From positions 383,691 through 447,690 of the forward strand of contig CAWAJR010000002.1 in NCBI GenBank assembly GCA_963782465.1: a DNA stretch of 64,000 nucleotides, written 5' to 3'. Shown here piece after piece: positions 45,408 through 53,475 of the stretch. Origin of the DNA: an uncultured Actinomycetes bacterium. Its GTDB lineage: Bacteria > Actinomycetota > Acidimicrobiia > IMCC26256 > PALSA-610. How positions within the stretch are numbered: position 1 is the stretch's first letter; every line of letters begins with the position of its first letter. Under the pieces are notes generated by a model. It saw nothing but the letters and a program-made list of their open reading frames with translations, was not told the origin of the DNA and made no database searches. Made by a program: the position numbers and the translations under genes.

Positions 45408-48039
45408 TCAGAGGCCTCGCACGACCATCCGCGTGATCGGTTGCCGCAAGCGCAGCGCACCGGTCGACCCGTGGAACTTCGCGTCGCCGAACGAGAAGAT
45501 GCCACCATCGCGACCGAGCAGCCAGTAACCGTGGCCGGTGGGTGTGGCGATCATCTGTACGACGTTCGCGTTCACGTGTTTGCCGAGCATCGACCCGTAG
45601 TAGCCGGCATCGCCGAACGCGTACACCGAACCGTCCGCGTTGGCGACCCAGTAACCACGACCGGTCGGCGTCGGGACGAGTTGCACCGGAGGTGCCGGCA
45701 CTGCCGAGGTGCTCGTACCCCCGTGGAAGTGTGCAGCGCCGAAACCGAAGACCGCGCCGTTCGCGGCCAGCAACCAGTAGCCCTTCCCTGAAGGCGCGGG
45801 CACCATCTGGATGATGGGTGCGGTCAGCGCCAGCGCCCCGGTGGAACCGAAGAACTTCGCGTCGCCGAAGCTGAAGATCCCGCCGTCGGACGCGCGCAGC
45901 CAGTAGCCGTTGCCATCGGGTGTTGCGATCATCTGCACGACCGGCGCCCGCAATGCCAACGCACCCGTCGACCCGTAGAACTTCGCGTCGCCGAACGTGA
46001 ACACACCACCGTCGGACGCCAACAACCAGTACCCACGACCCGACGGCGTCGCGATCATCTGCACGATCGGGGCCCGCAATGCCAACGCACCCGTCGACCC
46101 GTAGAACTTCGCGTCGCCGAACGTGAACACACCACCGTCGGACGCCAACAACCAGTACCCACGACCCGACGGCGTCGCGATCATCTGCACGATCGGGGCC
46201 CGCAATGCCAACGCACCCGTCGACCCGTAGAACTTCGCGTCGCCGAACGTGAACACACCACCGTCGGACGCCAACAACCAGTACCCGTCGCTGGAGATCG
46301 TGCGGGTGCCGGTGACACTGCTGGTCACCGTGACCTTCTCGAAGTCGCGGTAGGTGATCGTGGGCCAGCCGTCGACCATGATCATGTCGCCCAGCACGTG
46401 GGCGGCCCGGTTCCCGGCGGCCACGGTGAGGGTGTCGTCGCCGGTGCCACCGCTGGCGATCACGTTCTTGACGCCGGTGAAGTTGCGCGCCCCGATCGTG
46501 ATGTGGTCGTTGCCCCGCTGGCCGTTCACCATGAGCGTTTCGATGTGCGAGTAATCGATGCGCTCACGCCCGTTCTGAACGTGCGACCCGTTGATCGAGA
46601 TCTGCTCGCCCGTCCCGTTGCCGAACATCGAAAGGCGGTCGACGCCGTTCGTCCCGCTGTCGACGATCTGTACGAGGCCCGCCAGCGCACCGAAGAACAC
46701 GTCGTAGGTGTCGGCGCCGTTGCCGAGGTCGGCATGCAACCCGCGCGAGGCCGAACTGGTGAACCCGGTTTCGTCGGGCCCGTCGGTGCCGACGAAGTTG
46801 ACCGGGCCGCCGCCCACGCCGACCTGCACGTCGATCGAGGCGGTTTGCGGCGCGCTCTTCGCGCCGTGGACATCTTCGGCGCGGAAGGTGAAGCTGTCGG
46901 CGCCCTTGAACTGCGGGCCGGGGTCGTAGATGAAGCTGCCGTCGGCCTTGAGGGTGAGCGTGCCGTGCGACGGCGGTTGCACGAGGAGCGCGGTGAGTGC
47001 GTCGTTCTCGACGTCGGTCGCCCCGAAGAGCACGCCCGGCGCGACGGCTTGCAGCGGGGTGTTGAACGGCGTCGTGAACGTCTGCGGCGTCGCGACCGGA
47101 GCGTCGTTCACCGGCGTGATCGTGATGGTGACGGTCGCGGTGTTCGGAATTGGCGGCGCCGTCGTTGGCGCGGTAGGTGAACGTGTCGGTGCCGTTGTAG
47201 TTGGCGTCGGGGGCGTAGGTGCACGCGCCGGTGGTGGTGGAACACACTGCGGTGCCGTGGGCCGGTTGTGCCACCACGTGGTAGGTGAGCACGTCGGCCG
47301 GGTCGGGATCGGTGGCGCTCAGCGAGAGGCTCACCGACGTGTCTTCGGCGGTCGTTGCCGCCACCGCCGCCGCGACCGGCGGATGGTTGACGGCGGTCAC
47401 GGTGATGTTCACGGTCCCGGAGGCGGACACCGCACCCTGCGGGTCGTGCGCCTGGTACGTGAAGGAGTCGGAACCGGAGAAGTTCGCGGCGGGCGTGTAG
47501 GTGCAGGAGCCATCACTGCTGCACGACACGGTGCCGTTGCCTGCGCTCCCGGCAGTGAAGGTGAGCGTCGAGGGGCTGTCGTCGGTGTCGCTGCCAGTCA
47601 ACGTGATGTCGAGCGGGGTGCCCTCGGAGGTCGTCACCGATCGGTTCGCGACCGTCGGCGCGCTGTTGGTGACGGTGATCGTGACCGTCGCCGGCGCGGC
47701 CGAATCAGAAGTGCCGTCGTTCGCGTTGTAAGTGAACGTGTCGTTGCCGACGAAATTGGCGTCGGGCGCGTAGGAGTACGACCCGTCGGTGTTGAACGTG
47801 AGCGTGCCGTGGACGGCGTCGGTGACGAGCGACGCGGTGAGCGGGTCGTTCTCGGGGTCGGTGTCGTTGCCGAGCACGCCCGGCGCGGCGACCGACAACG
47901 TCGTGTCGTGCACCACCGTTGCGCTGTCGTCGACCGCGGTCGGCGCGGCGCCCGCCGCGTGCGCCGCCGGCGGCGCAAGGCCCGTCGGCACGGCGATCGC
48001 CGCCACCAAGAGCCACGCCATCAACAGAGGCCGCCGCAT
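45408..48039 (-). pseudogene. Giant secreted adhesin-like protein (signal peptide, 4 cadherin/Big-like domains, RTX-like Ca-binding segment, 7 'GYWL..DGGVF.FG' repeats), frame broken near 47153-47158
   Basis: ORF 46564..48132 gives MRRPLLMAWLLVAAIAVP.., then ..VDDSATV..GVLGNDTDPENDPL..TFTYNANDG.. repeats up to ..TFTYRANDGAANS. The next domain (NTATVTITITPVNDAPVAT..) continues in ORF 45408..47111. The span is 2632 nt, which is 3n+1. GGGGAAGG lies upstream of ATG 48039. Confidence 0.8.
45949..46284. repeat. Perfect 126-bp tandem repeat (2.7 copies) inside the adhesin coding region
   Basis: The string cgcaatgccaac.. recurs at 45949, 46075 and 46201 with no mismatch that I can see. It encodes three identical blades GYWLLASDGGVFTFGDAKFYGSTGALALRAPIVQMIATPSGR. 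Confidence 0.95.
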
Positions 48040-48180
48040 GACCTTCCCCACGCGCCCGCTCGCGTCCATGCCTTCCCCAACCCCGCCAAGGTCCTGCTCC
48101 CGAAGCCACGACGGTACACGGTTCCCAACCACGCTCCGTCACCCATGGGCACATCCGCCCGCTTCGGGCGGACGCCACGT

Positions 48181-48537
48181 TCAGGTGGGTTTCACCCCGG
48201 CCCGGCTCCGCACGTGGCGGCGGAGCGCGGCGAGGCGCGCGTCCCACGCGGCACCGACGTCGGTCATCCACGCGACGGCGTCGGTGAACCCGGACGGCGT
48301 CAACCGGTAGCGAACGTTGCGGCCGTCTCGAGCCGCATCGACCAGGCCGGCGTGCTCGAGGGTCGCGAGGTGTTTCACGATCATCTGGCGCGAAACCGGG
48401 ACCCGGCCTACAAGCTCGGTTGCCGTCGCCGGCGCGTCGGCGAGGCACTGCATCACCGTGCGGCGCGTCGGGTCGGAGAGCGCGGCGAAGACCGCGTCGA
48501 GGCCACGTCCTCGCCGATCAGGAGCGGGCAAGGGCAA
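48181..48537 (-). CDS. ArsR/SmtB-family transcriptional regulator
   Basis: Contains ..VFAALSDPTRRTVMQCL......ATELV....VSRQMIVKHLATLEHAGLV......GR.V.YRL.. (wHTH). The probable TTG start at 48537 or 48531 is uncertain. Confidence 0.75.
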   Translation of the reverse strand: MPLPAPDRRGRGLDAVFAALSDPTRRTVMQCLADAPATATELVGRVPVSRQMIVKHLATLEHAGLVDAARDGRNVRYRLTPSGFTDAVAWMTDVGAAWDARLAALRRHVRSRAGVKPT

Positions 48538-49006
48538 GTGCTTCTCCTCGGCGGGTGCCGGAACGATCGGCCGGTCGAGCCGGCGGTTGGAAGCCGATCG
48601 CAACCCGTTCGTCGGCGTGCGCCCGAGGGAGCAAACCCTCGACCTCTCCTTCACCCTCAACCTCGACCAGGGTCTCCCGCACCCGCACGGTGCAGCCGCC
48701 GGCGTTCGGCTCGAGTTCGATGGCGACGGTCGACGCGGGACGCTGATCGTCGCCCTCCCACGTGAAGGCGAGTCGGTCGGGGGGCGAGACGTCGTCGATC
48801 GCGGCGCGCCGCTCGCTCCCGTCGGGGCCACCGACGACGAGTGCCCCGCCGGGGCGCAGGTCGAGCACGACGTCGCCGCCGAACCAGTCGGCGAGCAACG
48901 CCGGGTCGCACAGCGCATCCCATACCTCGGCCGCGCCGGCCGGGAACTGCAACGAGCGTTCCACCGCGGTCGCGCCGTCGGCTTCGCCGTTCGCGGCTTC
49001 GGTCAT
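48518..49006 (-). CDS. SRPBCC (Aha1/START-like) domain protein
   Basis: Contains ..ERSLQFPAGAAEVWDALCDPALLADWF...... AAGGAGG lies 5 nt upstream of ATG 49006. Pairing with an ArsR gene is typical. Confidence 0.75.
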   Translation of the reverse strand: MTEAANGEADGATAVERSLQFPAGAAEVWDALCDPALLADWFGGDVVLDLRPGGALVVGGPDGSERRAAIDDVSPPDRLAFTWEGDDQRPASTVAIELEPNAGGCTVRVRETLVEVEGEGEVEGLLPRAHADERVAIGFQPPARPADRSGTRRGEALALARS

Positions 49007-49021
49007 GGCACCTCCTTGATC

Positions 49022-49084
49022 TGCAACCCCATGGTTGCACACCGTTGCGGCCGCCCGCTATCGTGCAACCATGCGGTTGCACGA
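49022..49084. promoter_or_regulatory. Two related palindromes (TGCAACC-N4-GGTTGCA); candidate ArsR operators in the divergent ArsR-operon/clpP control region
   Basis: IR1 at 49022-49039 is tgcaacc ccat ggttgca. IR2 at 49061-49084 is tcgtgcaacc atgc ggttgcacga, with perfect 10-bp arms. IR2 ends 2 nt before ATG 49086. Confidence 0.5.
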
Positions 49085-49085
49085 T

Positions 49086-49718
49086 ATGCACAGGTCACTC
49101 CTGGCCGACCCGGCGCCCGGGCCCACCGATCCCGAAGGTCGACCCGCCGCGCCGACCTTCCAGGAAGAGTTGTCGCGCCGGATGCTCCGCGGCCGGCGGG
49201 TGATGCTCACCGGCGCCATCGACGACAACGTCGCCAACGCGATCTGTTCGCAACTCCTCGTGCTCGAAGCCGACAGCGACGACCCCGTCACCCTCTACAT
49301 CAATTCGCCGGGCGGTTCGGTCGACAGCGGCTTCGCGATCTACGACACCATGCAGACCCTCGGGTGCCCGGTCGCGACGGTGTGCGTCGGTCTCGCCGCA
49401 TCGATGGCGCAGTTCGTGCTGTGCGCCGGCACCCCCGGGCGCCGGTACGCGCACCGGCACAGCAGCGTGCTGATGCACCAACCCCACGGGGCCGTGCAGG
49501 GGATGGCGACCGACATCGCCATCCAGGCGGAACACTTCGCCTACATGCGGCGGCTGATGGCCGAGCGCACCGCGTTCCACACCGGGCAACCCGTCGAACG
49601 GATCATCGCCGACGCCGATCGCGACAAGTGGTTCACGGCGCAAGAAGCGCTCGAGTACGGCTTCGTCGACGAGATCCTCGACGGACCGCTGCCGGTCTCG
49701 CGACCACATTCGACGTGA
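49086..49718 (+). CDS. clpP: ATP-dependent Clp protease proteolytic subunit
   Basis: Contains ..ICSQLLVLEADSDDPVTLYINSPGGSV..GLAASMAQFVL..LMHQP... The Ser-His-Asp context is conserved. Alternative starts are 49071 and 49035. Confidence 0.85.
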   Translation: MHRSLLADPAPGPTDPEGRPAAPTFQEELSRRMLRGRRVMLTGAIDDNVANAICSQLLVLEADSDDPVTLYINSPGGSVDSGFAIYDTMQTLGCPVATVCVGLAASMAQFVLCAGTPGRRYAHRHSSVLMHQPHGAVQGMATDIAIQAEHFAYMRRLMAERTAFHTGQPVERIIADADRDKWFTAQEALEYGFVDEILDGPLPVSRPHST

Positions 49719-49795
49719 CCTGACAGCGCGCGAACCCGGCCGCGGGCAGCGTTGATCACGCGGGGGTGGTGACTTCCCTTCTACGGTGACGCGCC

Positions 49796-51052
49796 ATGAG
49801 CGACCTCGAACCGACGCCTGCGGTCCTGGTACCGCTCGGCGCGCGGTACCGGCGCCTCTGGGTCGCGACCGCGATCTCGAGCCTCGGCAACGGGGTCTTG
49901 TACGCGGCGATGCCGCTCCTCGCCCGCAATATGACGAAGTCGCCCTCCTCGATCAGCGCCGTCACCGCGTCGACGGCACTGCCCGGCCTCCTCGTCGCGC
50001 TGCACGCCGGTGCCGTTGTCGATCGGCTCGATCGGCGGCGGGTGATGGTCGCGATGGACCTCACCCGGCTCGCCGTCCTGCTCGCGTTCTGCGTGTCGGT
50101 GATCGCCGGGAACGTTCCCCTCCCCGCCATCTACGTCACGGCCTTCGTGCTCGGCGCCGCCGACGTCACCTTCGACGGCGCGGCCCGCTCCGCGCTCCCC
50201 GCGATCGTCCCCGCCGAACGGCTCGATGCCGCCAACGGCCGGCTCGGCGCCGCAACCGACACGATGGACGAGCTGGCCGGCCCGCCCGCGGGCGTGACGC
50301 TGTTCGCGCTCGCCGCCTCGGCACCGTTCCTGTTCGACGCGGGCACGTTCGCGGCGTCCGCGATCCTGCTGTCGACGATCGCCGGTTCGTTCCGCGCCAC
50401 CCGTGACGTCGCGGCACACTCGTTCCGACGAGAGATCGGCGAGGGACTGCGATTCGTGCGCGACTCCCGGACACTGGGCGTCCTCGCGGCCGGCACCGGC
50501 CTGCTCGCGTTCTTCAGTTTGGGCAACCTGTCGGTGCTGGTCTTGTTCGCGCTGTCCTCGAAGGGGCTCGATCTCCCGAGCGTCGGCTACGGCTATCTGC
50601 TGATGACGATCGCGCTCGGTGGGCTCGGCGGCAGCCTCTCGGTCGAGCGCCTCACCCGGCGGTTCGAGCAGGTGCCGGTGCTGACCGCAGCGGTCGCGAT
50701 CAACGGCGCCGCATATCTCTTGCTCGCCGTCGCACACGGCCCGGCGCTCGCAACGGTCGCGACCGTCGCCTGGGGCGCGGCGGTCAGCACCGGGATGATC
50801 GTCTCGATCAGCATGCGCCAGACGCTCACTCCCGATCATCTGCTCGGACGGGTCATGAGCGTGTACCGCGTCCTCGTCGGGTTCGGTGGCGTGACCGGTG
50901 CCCTCCTCGCCGGTGTGCTCGCGGACGCGTTCGGGCTGCGCAGCCCCTATTTCTTCTCCGGCGCGGCGCAACTCGCGCTCGCGCCTCTCTTCGGCATCAC
51001 ATTGCAACACGCGGGGAACACCCGAACGAACGTCGACGGTGGGAGTCTTTGA
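49796..51052 (+). CDS. MFS transporter (12-TM, EntS/MFS_3-like)
   Basis: 418 aa and hydrophobic throughout, with ..GAVVDRLDRRRVM.. in the loop 2-3 motif position. Confidence 0.85.
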   Translation: MSDLEPTPAVLVPLGARYRRLWVATAISSLGNGVLYAAMPLLARNMTKSPSSISAVTASTALPGLLVALHAGAVVDRLDRRRVMVAMDLTRLAVLLAFCVSVIAGNVPLPAIYVTAFVLGAADVTFDGAARSALPAIVPAERLDAANGRLGAATDTMDELAGPPAGVTLFALAASAPFLFDAGTFAASAILLSTIAGSFRATRDVAAHSFRREIGEGLRFVRDSRTLGVLAAGTGLLAFFSLGNLSVLVLFALSSKGLDLPSVGYGYLLMTIALGGLGGSLSVERLTRRFEQVPVLTAAVAINGAAYLLLAVAHGPALATVATVAWGAAVSTGMIVSISMRQTLTPDHLLGRVMSVYRVLVGFGGVTGALLAGVLADAFGLRSPYFFSGAAQLALAPLFGITLQHAGNTRTNVDGGSL

Positions 51053-52545
51053 TGAGCACACTTCGCAGGTACATCCGGGCGGCTGCGGTTGCGATACTGA
51101 CGATCGCGTCGGTGACCGCGTTCTCGGCGGGTGGAGCAGGCGCGTCCGCCGCGTCGGGCACGTTTTGCGCCAGTGGGGACGCGACGATCGTCAACGCGCT
51201 CGCGAACACAACGGTCGATGGGTACATCGCGGGCGCGTTGGCCTTCCGCGGCCTCGCACCCGGTGCGTCAACCGGCGCGTTCCCGATCGCGGCGCTGGTA
51301 TCGGCCGGCTGCCGGACCAGCCAACAGCTGCAGCTCTTCGCCGCGGCATCGTCGCCGCCGGCAGCCGCGCCGGCGACTGGCGCGCTCCTCACCGCGACGT
51401 TCACGGTGGTGTCGCGGCAATCGACCGACGTCCTCGCGATGGTGAGGAGCGGCGGCGCACTCGGCGTCAAACAGTTGACGACCGACGTCGCGCCGAGCTC
51501 GCCGCAGCACGGCGCAATCGTTGTCGTGAACGCGGCGAACGCCGGTGCCGTCGACGTGTACATCGACGGCACGCGCACCAAGACCCATCTCTCCAACGGT
51601 GGACGGGCCCGCACGGATGTCGTGGCCCACGGCACGAGCAGCACCCACCGCGTCAAGTTCACCCGCACGGGCACGAGCACGCCGGTTGCCGCAACGCAGG
51701 CGGTGTCGCTCGGCGACGGAGACGGCACCACCGTGTACCTGACGTCGGCCGGCAACGGCAGCAACGTCGCGACCGTGACCGCGAAATTCGCGGAAGCCGG
51801 CGGTTACCGCATGGTCACCGCCGACGGCGGCGTGTTCGCCTTCGGGAGCGCCCGCTTCTTCGGGTCGGCGGGCAACCTTCCGCTCGCCTCCCCGATCGTT
51901 GCCGCCGCGTCGAGCCCCAGCCGCAACGGGTACTGGCTCGCGGCGGCCGATGGCGGTGTGTTCGCGTTCGGCGACGCGCACTTCTTCGGGTCGGCCGCGC
52001 AGCTGCAGCTGAGCGCGCCGGTCGTCGCGATCGCGCCGACCCCGAGCGGGCGCGGCTACTGGCTGGCAACCGCCGACGGCGGCGTCTTCGCGTTCGGCGA
52101 CGCACAGTTCCGCGGGTCGGCGGGAGCGCTTCCCCTCACCGCGCCGGTCGTGAGCTTCGCACCCACCGGGAGCGGCAACGGGTACTACCTGCTCGGCCAG
52201 GATGGCGGCGTCTTCGCGTACGGCGACGCACAGTTCCGCGGTGGCGCGACCCAATCGGGTACCACGCCGGTGGCGATCGGCGTCCCCTCGACCGGTACCG
52301 ACTACTGGGTGTTGTTCGCGAACGGCGGCCGCACCGACGTGGGCGCGGCTCGCTTCTTCCTGTTCCCGCAGCCGAACCCCTGGCCGCCGGTGCAGGCGCC
52401 CCTCGTGTCGATGCTCGCGACCGCAGGCCCGCACGGGCTCTGGGCGGCCGCCGCCGACGGTGGCCTGTTCACCCTCGGGGATGCACCGTTCCGGGGCAAT
52501 CTCGTGACCACACCGCATGCCGCACCGGTCGTCGCGATCATGTAG
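51052..52545 (+). CDS. Secreted protein: signal peptide, DUF4397-like beta-sandwich, ~6 'GYWL..DGGVF.FG' repeats
   Basis: Signal peptide MSTLRRYIRAAAVAILTIASVTAFSAGGAGASA and ..AIVVVNAANAGAVDVYIDG... Repeats such as GYWLATADGGVFAFGDAQFRGSAGALPLTAPVVSFAPTGSGN. The ATG overlaps the MFS stop by 1 nt. Confidence 0.8.
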   Translation: MSTLRRYIRAAAVAILTIASVTAFSAGGAGASAASGTFCASGDATIVNALANTTVDGYIAGALAFRGLAPGASTGAFPIAALVSAGCRTSQQLQLFAAASSPPAAAPATGALLTATFTVVSRQSTDVLAMVRSGGALGVKQLTTDVAPSSPQHGAIVVVNAANAGAVDVYIDGTRTKTHLSNGGRARTDVVAHGTSSTHRVKFTRTGTSTPVAATQAVSLGDGDGTTVYLTSAGNGSNVATVTAKFAEAGGYRMVTADGGVFAFGSARFFGSAGNLPLASPIVAAASSPSRNGYWLAAADGGVFAFGDAHFFGSAAQLQLSAPVVAIAPTPSGRGYWLATADGGVFAFGDAQFRGSAGALPLTAPVVSFAPTGSGNGYYLLGQDGGVFAYGDAQFRGGATQSGTTPVAIGVPSTGTDYWVLFANGGRTDVGAARFFLFPQPNPWPPVQAPLVSMLATAGPHGLWAAAADGGLFTLGDAPFRGNLVTTPHAAPVVAIM

Positions 52546-52578
52546 ACGTTCCGTCTGCCCGTCGCTAGCGTCGCGAGG

Positions 52579-53475
52579 GTGCACGTGCTCGCGGCAACCG
52601 CCGACGGTCTGTTCGCCATCGACGACGACGGCGTCTCGACACGACTGTTCGCGGGCACGGTCGACGCGGTGACGCGCGGCGCGAACGGCGACGCGTGGGC
52701 GATCGCCGGTGGTCACGATCTCCTCCGGGTCGAGGGCGCGGACATCGAGAAGGTCGCGCACACCGCCGACGACCTCACCTGCGTCGTCGCGACGGCCGGC
52801 GACGTGTTCGCCGGCACGGTCGGCGCCCATGTCTTGAAGCTCGACGGTGGCACCTTGACCCGGGTCGAGTCGTTCGACCGTCTCGATCACCGCGACGAAT
52901 GGACGCAACCCTGGGGTGCACCCGGCGACGCGCGATCGTTCGCCACCGACGGTCGCGACACCGTGTTCGTCAACGTGCACGTCGGCGGCGTGCTGCGCAC
53001 GAACGACCGGGGTGCGACGTGGGAACCGACGATCGACCACGAGGTCGACGTCCACCAGGTCGTGCTCGCGCCCGACGGCCGGCTCTTCGCGGCGACGGGC
53101 GTCGCCGGCCTGGCAGTCAGCACCGACGGCGGGACGACGTGGCGCTTCGAGAGCGAAGGGCTGCGCGGCACCTACGCGCGGGCAGTCGCACCCGTGCCCG
53201 GCGGCGTCGTCGTCAGTGCGTCGAACGGGCCGTTCACGCACGAGGGTTCCGTGTACCGCAAAGACGACGGCGACCCGTCGTTCCGCCTCTGCGACATCGG
53301 CCTTCCGCCCCACTTCGACGGCAACATCGACTCGCACTGGCTGGCTGCGAAGGGCGGCAAGGTCGCGTGTGCCGCACCGAGCGGCACGGTTTACCGGAGC
53401 GACGACGCGGGCGAGACCTGGCAGGTGCTCGCGGGAGCGGTGCACCACCCGAACGCGATCCTCGTCATGGACTGA
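52579..53475 (+). CDS. BNR/Asp-box repeat beta-propeller protein (sialidase-fold / Ycf48-like)
   Basis: Asp-boxes TNDRGATWE, STDGGTTWR and SDDAGETWQ. An alternative GTG start is at 52585. Confidence 0.7.
   Translation: MHVLAATADGLFAIDDDGVSTRLFAGTVDAVTRGANGDAWAIAGGHDLLRVEGADIEKVAHTADDLTCVVATAGDVFAGTVGAHVLKLDGGTLTRVESFDRLDHRDEWTQPWGAPGDARSFATDGRDTVFVNVHVGGVLRTNDRGATWEPTIDHEVDVHQVVLAPDGRLFAATGVAGLAVSTDGGTTWRFESEGLRGTYARAVAPVPGGVVVSASNGPFTHEGSVYRKDDGDPSFRLCDIGLPPHFDGNIDSHWLAAKGGKVACAAPSGTVYRSDDAGETWQVLAGAVHHPNAILVMD

Noticed and set aside
44609-45508. Minus-strand 299-aa Gly/Val-rich ORF antisense to the PT-rich gene
   Set aside because: It is the complement of a Pro/Thr codon tract and has no signal or motif. 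Third-position GC favours the plus-strand PT-rich reading, although that gene itself is only moderate confidence.
2596-48039. Frameshifts as programmed phase variation by slipped-strand mispairing
   Set aside because: The runs at the junctions are only 3-5 nt, or absent. That is far shorter than the homopolymer or repeat tracts (usually 8 or more) that drive phase variation. Sequencing error or plain decay is more parsimonious.
353-48039. Glycan island as a recently acquired mobile genomic island
   Set aside because: No integrase, transposase, flanking tRNA or terminal direct repeats are visible. Base composition looks like the flanks by eye, apart from a few intergenic spacers.
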